Part shown: positions 52,064 to 64,000 of the stretch, in pieces | Layout: each line of letters opens with the position of its first letter | How positions within the stretch are numbered: the first letter of the stretch is position 1 | From: Phallusia mammillata | Lineage: Eukaryota | Direction of reading: 5' to 3' | NCBI GenBank assembly: GCA_965637545.1 | Contig: OZ281495.1 | Coordinates: forward strand, 23,188,001 to 23,252,000 | Length of the DNA: 64,000 bases | The notes under the pieces: generated by a model | The model's database searches: none | What the model was told of the DNA's origin: nothing | The model's input: only the letters and a program-made list of their open reading frames with translations | Program-made: the position numbers and the translations under genes

Positions 52064-55000
52064 GTAAAGCGTTCGAGAAAGAATTGAGCGCACGTCACCG
52101 CTCGTCATGCACCGCTGCCAGCCAATCGTAATGTCATCGCGCCTGGGAGCACCCCAAAGATGGCCTGACCTCCCATAGCAAGCCTACCGTGACCCAAGTG
52201 TAAACGGATTTGCGCAGAACTGCTCCACAGAAACCTCTTCTTCTCTCTGCGAATTTATGAGCCTCCACGTAAACTTTATTGCTTTATCTGCGGGAACTCC
52301 GTCTTAGCTTTATGCTTTGTACTACAGGTACATTACAAGGCCTTTTCTCAAACGTGTTGCGACGAACGATGTTTGTACTGTGCCACCCAAAAAGCAGAAC
52401 GTTTAAAGCTGAAACGACACGAAATTGTCCTCACGTAAGACCCCCAATTTCAGCATTAATTTGGCAGATAAATGCTACAAATTACGGTCAACGCGTGATA
52501 GTTGTGTTTAAATACCGGAAAGTCGACACCAAAGCACAAGGGTAAAATTGTCACATTTGTCTTTGGGTTCGATCGTTACAAATCGCAGATGTAAATATAA
52601 GTCATTGGTATTATTTTTGGTCACGAAAAAGAATTTTTTTTCTGAAAAAAATATCCCAAACTACAGACAAGCAGTTCGGCAGCATGCAATGCCATTTTAT
52701 GAATTATTTAACAAAAACAGGTTCCAACTTGTAGTTTTTGGATTATTGGATACTTTTTATTAATACATAAAAGAGTAAAGTCGTTGCAAATTAATCTTTT
52801 GAAATCGCTTTGTGTTAGAATCTCGTGCGAGAAGGCCCTTTGGCGGTTTCCCACAATCGGCTGAAGAGAAAGCTAAATTTATTTGCACCCGTCTGTTTGC
52901 TATCGTTACCATTGTTTCTCACATGCCGTTTCACCCCGAACCCCTGCCCCCAACTAGGGCACTGATACCACCTGGGTAACGAAACCGTCCCGGTGGGGTA
53001 ATGACATCTTTGTTGGCCACCCACCGAATCTCAACATGACTGTGACATTCTGGTTGCCTGGTATTTCGGAATTTAACGTTGTATTCCTGGGATCTTGAAG
53101 GGTGTTATTTGTCAACTATTTTCAGGCAGTTTGATTGTGACAAACGCCATCGCTTGTTGCGCTGTGGGTGTCTTATTGTGGAGGGCATTTTGTGGAGCGA
53201 TTAGAGGCTTAGCGGACATTCAAAACACATTCAAGAATTTGTGAAGAGAATCGCCTACATTTGTATGCCCAACAAGTGATTCACTATCGTCTGAAACACT
53301 GCCCACGCTTTCAGCTTTCCTAAACTTGCGCTCAGTAGTTATTAGCCTGACAGAAATTCGATGTGTTTGACACACCAAACAAATTGAACAAAGCACTTTC
53401 CGATGCATTTTTATTTTATTCCCAACGCCGTACAAGTAGCAAGTAAGTTCAGATACAAAATGCTGGCAGTGGCATTTTGCTTTCGAGATTTCAAAAAAAT
53501 ACTGCGAATCCAAAACATTGAAAGAATTTTTTAGCAAGAAACTTCATTTCACATTTCCTGCTTTTTAATGATTTAATGATAAAGTGTGAAAAACGATCTT
53601 AACCAGTAAGACGGTAATACAATTTATTCAGCTCAGCTGATGTTTGTAATCAAATGACCGGCATTTCGGAAACATATGCTCCACTGGGGAGGCGATTAAA
53701 AATCGGTTGGCACAGCCAAAGTGTTCACAAACAAAAAGGTGAAACAAAGGTATGCGTTGATTATAAAGGTCTTCATTGGCGTTTAAGGTAAACTGGTGGC
53801 AATTTATAAGTATAGCGGCTAGCACCAACTTGTAAGAATGTTTGAATGATTTCGAGCTACTAAAACTGCAGTTTATGGCAACAAATGATAGCAGCAAAAT
53901 ACTCAACAACGGATCTATCATTAACGTTGAAACATAGAATAGCAGCAATAAATGATAACCGGTATCATAATGGTGGAAAATATTTTAAAGGTCGTCCAGC
54001 GTACTGATAATAGTTTTACTGAAAATGAGTGTACTGTACACGTCAAAAAATGCGCTTATCCAGCAAGCATCGGGTTTGGGGGATAAATTCACTTTACATA
54101 GCTCGCGTTTCGCTGGGTTGAAGTCACTGCTAGCCACAGATTTTAATCTTTTCTTTGTTTCGAAAACGTCTTTGTTAAGAACGTGGACGAAGGCCAGAAT
54201 TTCAACCGAGCGAAACGACAGGCAGGCGCCAGCGCAAAACAATCGAAGCATAAAAACGGTCAAAGAGTAAGGCACAGACTCGCTGCACATTCATTATATT
54301 ATTATCAATACAATGCACGTTTACACTCGAATATACAACACGTTATGGGGGCGTGCGGTCGTAGATGGTACGTGCGCTGTAAAGGTTAGCAAAGGTTTTA
54401 GGCCAATCCAGTGTCCCGGGCAGAAAATTCAAGCGCTTTTCGGTTACGAGCTGAATTCCCTACTCGGCCATGCGTCGCGAGCAGACGTCTGCCCAGTCGG
54501 GTTTCCGCACCGCCTCGTATTGCCCGCGGTCGATCGCTTATCTCGTCAACTGTGACGCGTCGTTCGCACGCGCAATCTCTCCCACACCGATGTTTGGACA
54601 TTCGATTAGGTGGCAAATTTAAGCGTTTTGTGCATTTTAATTGGCGACTATGCCTTGAGCCAAGCGCATAAAAGGCTCCATAGAACTGTGACAAGGGTAG
54701 GGCTGTTGTTTACCACGAAGCCGGCAAAACGTTGCTCGAAAACAACTCGATCGTCAGGCCTATGTCGCACTTCCCGAGTGCCCGCTTGCAACCAAAATAG
54801 CTCGCATTGTCTTGGTTGAAAACCGCAATCCAATACCAGGCCGGAAGAGAAGTGAATAACTGACGATCAAATTTTTGGGCAATGCTTAAGCGTTTTGTAC
54901 CATCTTTAGGACTTTAACAAGTCAATGAAAAAGCGTTTTCACAACAATTTCAAACTGTACTCATTCGTTTGAGAAGCATTCTAAGATCATTAGACAAGGC

Positions 55001-56431
55001 AGCGATGCGCTTTTGCCCGTTACATAGCCTCGAGCATCAACCGCCTTTCATCGTTCTACAATCGACGGTTCAAGTCGAGATGCTTATCCCACGGTGACAT
55101 TTAGCTCAATTTCGATCATTTTCGCTCCTGCGCCGCGCTCACACAAATCGCTTCTTCGTCGCTTGCTGCCAAAATTCACCAGCGACCACAAAAACTCAAA
55201 CCCTCTATTGTTCGCGAACATTCCGACCCTTCTGCGCCGTGAAGACAGAGTTCGGTTCCGCGTGATCGCAGCGCACACTCTCGTCAAGTCACTAACAAAG
55301 TGCGTGGGCGCTGAGTATTTATCCAAAGTTGCAACTAATCAACGGGTACATTCGGCGGTAGGGTTTGATTGAACTGCAGTGGCGCATGAAACTGCAGCTT
55401 ACGGCAAGGCGCGGGTTATTTGTATGTTTCCGTAAATCGCGCTAATTGCCAGTTGGCCGAAGGTCGACACTTCCACGCGTACCAGCCAGTATCAAGGTGA
55501 CGAAAGTGGCTTAGCGCTGGCGACGTGCAATTTCAGTCGCTCGATTCGGACACGATCATCTGCTTAACGAAGTTTAGTGGCATTACTTTAACCGAGCGAT
55601 GTATTCCGCAATGACTCAGCTCGAAAACGAATCCTCGACTTGTCATAGCGTGGTTAGCGAGTTCTCGACACACCTCGACTTGAGGAGGCTTATGTACTGA
55701 GAAGCGGTCATTATGCGATGAGCATTCGATGGAAAGTCCCGAATTATTTGGTTGAGGGCCAAATTTAGTGAAACGGTATGCCGTGTTTGGCGTATGTTAT
55801 AACGTAACTTTTTATTGCATCGCAAGAATGTGTCTGGTTCAATCCGATTCGTCAAGTCGCGGTTTAGATGTAATTGCTTTCGTGGATTGAGGCGATCTAT
55901 TTTTAAAAGCACACAAACGTTTTCATTGTTTTCCGCGCGATAAGTACAGGATGCTTATGCAAAACAGAAATTCGCCATTCCGCCAGGGCCAGACAGTGCC
56001 GATGGAAACGTACGTGAAGCGCGAAAACCGACTACATTTAGGCTAGGGCCCGAAATTAACACACGTTGCACCAGAACTGAATTCACCGAGATTGGTCCGT
56101 TGGAGTGTGGCTAGTTTCACGAAACGTTGTGAATCGAGGGAGCCGTGGCGAGGTGGGAGTTGTTGCGTGCGAAAGACCTTTGCCATTCGGTTAGCAACGT
56201 TTGTTCATCTTTCAGAAACGCCGCAACGCCAAGTTTATTCATCCGAGACCTAAAGCCTAAACCGTGCACAATTACGTGAGGTGAAGATGTGCAGGGACGG
56301 GTCTAGCCGTACCACAACAATTCATCATTACATCACCGCCTGATTTTTCGCTTTTCTCGAGCCATTACCGCTAATCGCGTTGGTTTTGTTCGAAGAAGGT
56401 GAAAGCTCGCTGAACTTGGAAATGCTTAAGA

Positions 56432-56437
56432 TTTATT
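56432..56437 (-). terminator. Candidate goosecoid polyadenylation signal
   Basis: First minus-strand AATAAA seen downstream of the gsc stop, about 710 nt away. Confidence 0.4.
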
Positions 56438-57147
56438 GACTCCGCTGGTTGTTGTTGGCCAAAGCAATGCGAGCGCGCCAGAAGAAAAACAACGTCGGTT
56501 CCCATGGATCTCACTTTGCGCGGGTGCGTTTCGTTTCGCGTAAACAGGCTGCTTGGCCGACCCCGTCACCGCACTCAGTCAAATCTATTACCCACTTGAA
56601 GTGGTCCGATTAAACCGGGGGTAGTCGCGCGGTATTTTCTTGCGAAGGTTGACTATTGCCAAAATGACGTCACACGCTTGTATTGTGACGCAAGATTGGC
56701 CACGGGAGCTCGATTGCCGCCGGTATTGCTTCCACCCAACGTTCGGACAAGGCCCGATTTGGCCACGACGCAGATTAAACTTGGCGCAAAGGTCGCGAGC
56801 CGCACGCCCGGCAGCAATCAATGAAAGGTTAGATATACGACGGAAATAAGGATACACACACACGAAAAAAAACAATACAAAGGACCCTGCCAGAGGGCCG
56901 CCTCTAATATTTTCATAAAAAAAAGAGATTAAAAAACGCGTGACAATCAATGTCAGCGGCACAAGACAAAACAACTTGAAACTCATTGGACAGGCTTATG
57001 TATATGGCAGTAATACAAGGTTAGGACGGGAAGGTTTGGGCACATTGGTGCGCGGTCGGTTAAGCAGGGAACTCATGGTTTATGGGGAAGTAAAGTGGAA
57101 CTGTTAAATTATTTCTTGGTATGATTTACTTCCTTGGGGAGATGAGT

Positions 57148-60100
57148 TTACTCCACCTTGACTCCGATCTTCTGCACAGGCACCATCATCATGCTGTGTG
57201 GCATGCCTCCTGTCACGCCGTATTCCATCTCATCGCAGCTGCTGCTACCGCTCATCGGATTGTAGCGAGGCGCCGGACTGACGCTTTGCTCCCTGTAAAT
57301 CAAATTCAAGGTTAAGTTGGTTCCTGCTACTGGTACCAGTTGTAGCCGGAAATGTTGAAGTGAGTGTTACCTTTCCGGACTGGATGGCGGATGATCGGAA
57401 GCAGTTGATCCGCTGCTGTCCGTCTCAACCTTCATCAGTTCGCGTTCGCGCTTCTGTTTACGCCATTTGGCACGACGGTTCTTGAACCAAACCTGTAACG
57501 AACATAAAGTTAAGACAACTGTTCTTTCCAGTTTCGTTAAACTATATCGAGCAAAACCAACCTCAACGCGCTCTTCCTTAAGCTCGACCTTCTCAGCAAG
57601 TTGTTCTCTCATCACTACATCGGGGTAGTGGGTCTTTTGGAACATGCCCTCCAAAGCCTCAAGCTGATCTTCAGTGAAGATGGTGCGGTGACGACGCTTG
57701 CGCTTGGCTGGGAGCCTGTAGAAGAAGCCTGGAGGAGGGGCGGTCCCTGCTCCAGCCAACATCCCGGGATGAAGCATTCCACTTGGCGAACCAGTCGATG
57801 CTGCAGCAGCTGCGGCGGCGGCAGCGAATGCGTAAGGCGACAACAGGGATGGTGGGCAAGCTGCAATAGAAAAACACACGTTTAGGCAATGCACTTAAAT
57901 CTTGGAAACATGATCCTATTAGATGTACATGAGTCATGCCCATTAATGAAGACACCCTACGCTACCATGCATCGCCAAGCAAAGATAAAGGGTCATACTG
58001 TTTGGCAAGCGGATACAATTCTAGAATGAGTCCATTGTTGAATGGCAAGTGGTGTTCTATTCCAGGACATTCGATAACGCAAATTGGTGGCGCGAATGGT
58101 CCATTGCTTTCAGCGCCCGCGTCGCGCATAATCTAACGCTCATAAAGGAACGACGATAAGAGGCCAGGCTGATCTTTCACGGCTTTAGCCTTTTAAACTG
58201 TCCGTAAATAAAGGGCGATAGACAGATAAGTTTGCCTGACTTTCTTTGGCGAAGAAGCGAACAAGTCGGCCGTCAATCGCCGCGATAATACTGCTCGCCT
58301 CGCTTAAAGATTGAAATGTCATTTGTAAACACTTGTGATAAGGACCCGGGTACCGCGATTCGGGCCCATTAGCCTGGAAAACATCGTCGCAAATTGCTTT
58401 CCTCCAAGCAAAGCAATAGAGAGCAGATATATCCGAAAGGGTGCGTATTATTGTCATAAGAGATTCCAAAACACGAACGCTTCGCCGAACAGAGTGATTT
58501 AGCGGACTGCCTGATCGCACTCTAACTAGTTTTATGTTTAGACAATGCCCCTGTGCAGGGGAGTATTGTTTGTTCTGGCTCGGTAATACAGGCACGGCGA
58601 AATGACTGGCCGTCATAAGCGCACAAGGGCGCAAACACAAGTCTGATTTATTCCCTAACAAGGAATGTTTAGCAAAAAGTGCGGAAGTTGTTTTGCACCG
58701 TCATCGCAATATTGCTCTGTTTTGGCAGAGTTCGTCGCCATATCCCCGGTAATCAAAGATTTTCAACCTAATACAGCCACAAAATAGGCAAAACGTTGTT
58801 ATTCCATTCACAAATGCAGGCTTAATTTTTTTACACGAAGTAAGCTTTTTATTATGAAAATGACCGAAAAGCCAGGAGTTGTTCCTGACTACGATAGATT
58901 TGTTTGTCATCCGCTTCAGACAGTTCACACCTAAAGTAGCGACTTAGCCCTTTCATTGTTTATTGTTTTTCGCGGTGACGCATACACGACGAGAGCAATC
59001 ACCTAATGACGCGAAAAAGAGATTCCGCGATTAAGGGCGCTGGCTTTGAACTCTCCCCTGCCCTGGGCGACGTGTCCTTTATTATCCCTAGATGAGTAAG
59101 ATTAGTCGCCTAAAAATACCCCTCTTTGGAGTGTCTTAAATTGAGACATTACACCAGTTGGTTTATTGATTGATTGCGCCTAGAAACGTGGTTGTTAGAA
59201 CTCGATATGTAATCGTGCGCAATGTATATTGAGTAAGACCTCCTGCTGTCAAAGCGCCTAGACTAATATTAAACGACTCGTTGACTTGAGAGTTTACCGC
59301 GTTTTCCGGTGTGTCGCGCTGCCCGGATTTCATTCCCCCTAACACACCAAGTACACAAACGCCATGTCGTTGGCGCGACGTCTGTTGTCGATTACATAAG
59401 GCGATGAGTTACAGAGGCGCGATCAAATAAGATAATAAACCGGCCGTCGTTCCATGGACATTAATCTCGCGCGGCTCCCACCGTTTTCCGACGCCGAACT
59501 GTCTGCCCTCCAGTGCAAGCGCGAGGTTTATCACAAAGCGAGCAGCACCGTCGCCCCAGCAACCACGCCACACACATTACGGATTTGCTTTGGCTCGCAC
59601 ATTAGGGAACTAACTCGCTTTATTGACAATCACCACGCCGGGTCAGCTCTGGTAACGGTCAACTGAGAGTTAAGCGTGACCGCCATTTTGGTTTTGGCAC
59701 CGGCGGCCACCAGAGCGCGCCAGGCGTCGTTTTTTAATCTGGCAAATTCGCGGGTTTCGTCAGTTTGTCCTAAGGGACGTGTCAATGCGGGATGTGCAGT
59801 TTATTAAGCGACACGGCCGTTGTGAACTCCCGGTGATGTTCTGACCCGACCGCAACCCGCCGTTGAACTCGTGTCTTTGCCCCCGTTGGGAATTCCACTT
59901 CCCACCCGAACACATGCGATTGTGTAATGTCCTCGCGATGAGCTTTCTAATTCAAACATGTTTGCTAATATGTGGCGGGTGTCATGGCCGTGTCATGCTA
60001 GCTGCTAATCCGTAGGAAACCAGAGAGGATCACGGGATGGCTAGTTCAAGGCGATTCGACGGATTAGTGACGTTAAATCCGCGCGGAGACAGGTGTAATT

Positions 60101-62431
60101 TTGCCCAAAAGCGCCATTACGCCCAGCTAAAAAATAATCTGCTAGATTGATAGCGGTAAGATGCGTCGCGTCTATCAGTTGTAAACGAATCCCCGCACGC
60201 AGCCACTTTGCAGCAAATTGGTTTACCTTGTTTGCCAAGTCAATTTTCTGCCAAGCGAGGGTGAATCACGCACCGCCTACAGTTCTCGCCTTACTTTTAT
60301 TTATCCTACATTGACGCGTTTTAAAACGAAAAGAAACACCTCCCTTAAATAAGAGATTACAAACACCGGCCTAAGACACATAGAGAAGGGCGTCTCGGGT
60401 TGTACCTCGTCATGGGGCTATTGAAGGGATTAGGGGCCCACGATGAATTGTTAGGGCACAAAACCTGACCACCGATCCCACAAAAGGCCCTTTGTTTCGA
60501 CATCCCTCCATTAAAAGCCGATGCCCAGGCACTTAAGCACAGCGCAGCTAATCCGCTCTGTTCCAGCGCGTATTTACTCACAGACAGACAAGGGACCGCA
60601 GGAGGGTCGTTGTCACCCGAAATGGACGCATCGGCGAAGTTTGTTTAACTTACACGGGGCTGATAGTTCTTTACACGAACAAGCGTCAATGCCTAATGGA
60701 ATTATACGGCGGAATAGAAAGGTCGTAGAGAGGTTCCGCGGCAAAAAGCCATCTCCTAAAATTGACTCGCTTCCTGGTATTAAGCTGTGGGAATAAACGC
60801 GATTCGCATTAAGCGTCGTCTGCCGATCGAACTAAATGATTTGGGATTCAGTTCTAACCTTTGCTCAGCGGAAAAACAATGCGCTCGCCGTATACTCGGG
60901 TGTCAATTCGAGTGGGATTTTGACATTGCCGGATGTTTGGCCTTATCTAGCAAAAACGGCCTGTCTAGCTGTCGTGCTGAGCTGTTTTCCTGGCGCAAAA
61001 GGCATGTTTATTTGCATATGCGATGTACTTCCCTCGTCGCTTGCGATTAGCATACCTGACCGATCAAATTCGAGCGAGGCGCGGACATCGCAAAGAAAAC
61101 AAACCGAAATTTAAGCGCCAATTGACCATATGAGCGCCACATGTTCTTCGTTCTTTGTTTGTGGGCTCCGCTTTCGCGAAAAATGCCAAGCTAAATTGGG
61201 GTGTGATGCGCTCAATTGGAGAGATATCGCTCGAACGATCTCGATATGGACACGCATCTCCCCTTTATCCGGGGTCGCTGCGTCGGCTATGGGCCGCAAT
61301 AAATCCAGGGCAGATGGGAGATCGCTTGGCGACGCTCGGGGAACGCAGATTAGTCCGATAAGAGGAGCAGGACGAAATGTCGCGCTGGAGTAAGAGCAAA
61401 AAACTCTGCCTGGCAAGTCTCCGTCCCACGCTGATCTCTTAAGTCAACAAGCCGAGATTTTTGGTGGGTAAGTGGGGCTTGCACACAACCCGAAAACAAC
61501 GAGGGCTTAAATCGCTGAAGCGTTTAGTAGAGGTTGCGAAATCGGGAGAAACGAAACGGGAGCGACCGGAAAGATTACCTTGGCTGCTTCGCACGAAATC
61601 AAAGAGCTTACAAAAACAACTGTGCGCCAGGTGGGACGTTGGCGAAAGAAAACTAACGTTTAATCCTACTTCAGATGACAAAACATGCGTTTAGCGAACA
61701 ACTTTGCGTCACCATGGCGACAAATACTGTTCCCGTAGAAGCTAAATCAACAAACTTCGACTGATCGTTTTTGAAGAGCGCTGGAACTCCAACTTGCGCC
61801 ACCGGTAATGCCAGGAGCGTGTTAGCAAATAAAGTTAGCGTTGATAAGGCGAGCGGCGATGTTATCACATTTCGCGTTGGGGAGAATCACTGAGAATGAC
61901 GTCACTGATAAAATGTACGGCCCACGCGAAAACACACGCGATCCGCGCGGCGAGTGACTAAATACGGCGTTGTTCCGCCGAGCGAAAATTTACGAGCGCG
62001 AAAATACAGCGCACAATATAGCGGTATCTAATAAAAGTCACATTGGATCCAAATTACGTCATCCCTTACTCTATCGGCACAAAATGTTTTAGGACACATC
62101 AAAACACGATAAACCAACGCGAATTGAGTATTTTTTAGCTTGATTTTTTTACATATAATTTAAAAACAAATATATTTTTTAACTTACCAGAAGTGGGGTA
62201 AATTCCTGGTGTCGAGGTCACGTACGGGTAGAGGTATGAGTAGCAAGCCGCCAAGCCCGAAGTGGGATAGTTGGCTGCGGCTGCCGCGGCGGCGGCACTC
62301 AGGGAAGCCCGCATGTAGGGAGCCATCGACGACGATGTCGGTATTTGGGGAAGCGGAGCTGGGTCCGCGTGGGGTCTGGACTGCTCCAGCTTTCCACCCA
62401 AGATATTATCGATGCTGAATTGAAGGGACAT
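57148..62431 (-). CDS. GSC: Goosecoid paired-class K50 homeobox repressor, 4 exons, about 269 aa
   Basis: Exons 62431-62188, 57860-57562, 57492-57371 and 57292-57148; phase-concordant. eh1 motif FSIDNIL. Homeodomain [48 protein letters not shown]|[14 protein letters not shown] with K50 and the typical intron before VWFKNRR. Confidence 0.96.
60006..60554. promoter_or_regulatory. Intronic cluster of K50 homeodomain sites (gsc intron 1)
   Basis: TAATCC/GGATTA at 60006, 60061, 60427 and 60549, plus TAATCT at about 60136 and AGATTA at about 60354. Confidence 0.55.
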
Positions 62432-62752
62432 GATGTCTTCTTTCTTGGTCTTGTAAAATCTTGCACGAAAAATTCTTTGAGATCAGATTACAGTGTACGA
62501 GTTAAGCCTTTTCGGGGGCTACTGAAACTGGCGAGTGTTGTTGGACAATAAGAGATCTTTCGAATTACTAGCTTCACAGCTTGATGCACCTTGAAACTGA
62601 CTTAACAGGTATCTGCTGAACAGATGTCACCCTGACGTCTTTTGCAAACGATTCTCGACTTCGGCAGATGCGGAAAAATAACTGGCTTCTTTCGTAGTAG
62701 TAGTTGCTGTTGTACGATGATTTCAAACGATCCGATTTCCAGTGAACCAGCC

Positions 62753-62785
62753 ACTGAATATGCGGATATCTATAATAATTTTATA
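62753..62785 (-). promoter_or_regulatory. goosecoid core promoter: TATA box + initiator
   Basis: Minus-strand TATAAAA at 62785-62779, exactly 30 nt upstream of the A of an Inr-like TCAGT (62757-62753, A at 62755). The implied 5' UTR of about 324 nt has no upstream ATG. Confidence 0.7.
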
Positions 62786-64000
62786 ATACAACAAGAGTCC
62801 TGCTCCGTGGTAAAAAGAAAACGCTCGTCGCTGTAACGTGTTACCTCGTGGTCATCTCTCGTCTGTGTGATAGCTGGCCTGGCCTCGCGCGCTGATTTAT
62901 TCGGTGGGTGCGCCGCGCGCATTCAGGCGTGACGTGCGCGACGAGGCGAAGAGAGAGCGCACATTTCTCTCGGATGATGTAATGCGCTGGTGGTGCAAGA
63001 AAAATTGGAGGTTGTTTCCGAGATGTTGACAAACTGATTGTTGGGAACGGCATGGCGGTATGGACACTTTCGCTACGTTGGCATATTTAACAACTGCCGC
63101 TTGGTAAATCGGACAAAATACAATAGTCGTGTGAGTCAAGTTCCATAACAAACTAGGAATGTTTTGACGTTTGGTTAACGCACCCAGAAGCGAACGAGAA
63201 TTTGACGACTTGTTTACTGAAGGACCAAAATCGAATTACGTAATGTACAAACCACACATTGTAACCTAAAGCTTTGCGATGTACTGGTTTACATTGTCAA
63301 TTAAAATATATTTTGTTCAAACTGGAACATAGTTTCAAATAAATGTAGCGTTTCTAATTGTTTGTAAATGACAAAAATTTAAAACTGTTAGTTTTCTTTT
63401 TTTCTAAAATGACGTTTACCTGAGCGTTCAAGGCCTTGACAGACCAAATTAGAAGTTGCGCTTCTTGATTTCAATGTGATTCACAGAAACTGTCGCGTTT
63501 CGAGCTCTGACGCATTCAAGGTTTAATGCATCTCGCTGGTTTTTGATGAAATTTGACGCTTCTTTGCACCCCAAAGTCGACACGTACACTTGCAAGCGAC
63601 GCTTTTCCATATTAGGTGCGCTACGCGACAGAATCGACAATGGTGTCTTTTCTCCTGTGGTTTAGCAGACCGCGCTTTATCCTCAAGCTGGGGTTTAAGT
63701 CACAACCTGGGTCCAAAAATAATGACTGTAATTTTAGTTGTGTGATTCACACTCAATATAACATGTGAAAATATTTTTGAATTCAACAGCTAATGATAAG
63801 TTAAATTGTGGAGGATTTTTAGTTCTGACAAAGTATGTCCACTTTTAGCCGTAGTTAATGGTATGTTGATTATATTTCACTTATCTTACTATCCTGTAGG
63901 CTTTATAATAGAAAGAGATAACATAAACTATATTTACCCTTGTTCAGATGTAAATCAGTTATAGTTATACGTTTCAACTTCGGCACTTATGTTTTTCAGG

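Noticed and set aside
53220-56986. Many overlapping 60-130 aa ORFs on both strands
   Set aside because: Expected in CpG/GC-rich non-coding DNA; no homology or splice support.

Overview
Intron-rich animal genomic DNA, inferred to be an invertebrate chordate and most likely a tunicate (compact 55-400 nt GT-AG introns, derived chordate proteins). No rRNA, CRISPR or prokaryotic features were seen. Six multi-exon genes were reconstructed by hand with concordant splice phases. From left to right: a secreted single-domain BPI/LBP (TULIP)-like gene (-, 4811-7479, family call tentative), aftiphilin (-, 18072-22179), a DBH-like copper monooxygenase MOXD1 (-, 23022-27904), Rab4 (+, 29386-31893), stonin (+, 35956-48105) and goosecoid (-, 57148-62431). 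At least eight hAT-type MITEs are present, four with perfect 8-bp target-site duplications. Other elements are a tRNA-like pseudogene, a 48-bp-arm hairpin, and a CpG-rich non-coding region (about 41-64 kb) around goosecoid with clusters of K50-homeodomain sites, a CTCF-like motif and a TATA+Inr promoter. The best leads are: (1) the single-domain TULIP-like gene; (2) a possible operon-like MOXD1-AFTPH junction; (3) a sharp CpG switch inside the stonin gene, suggesting a goosecoid regulatory block; (4) the K50 site clusters; (5) a CaaX-like stonin C-terminus. All calls come from manual reading; no database searches were run and counts were made by eye.
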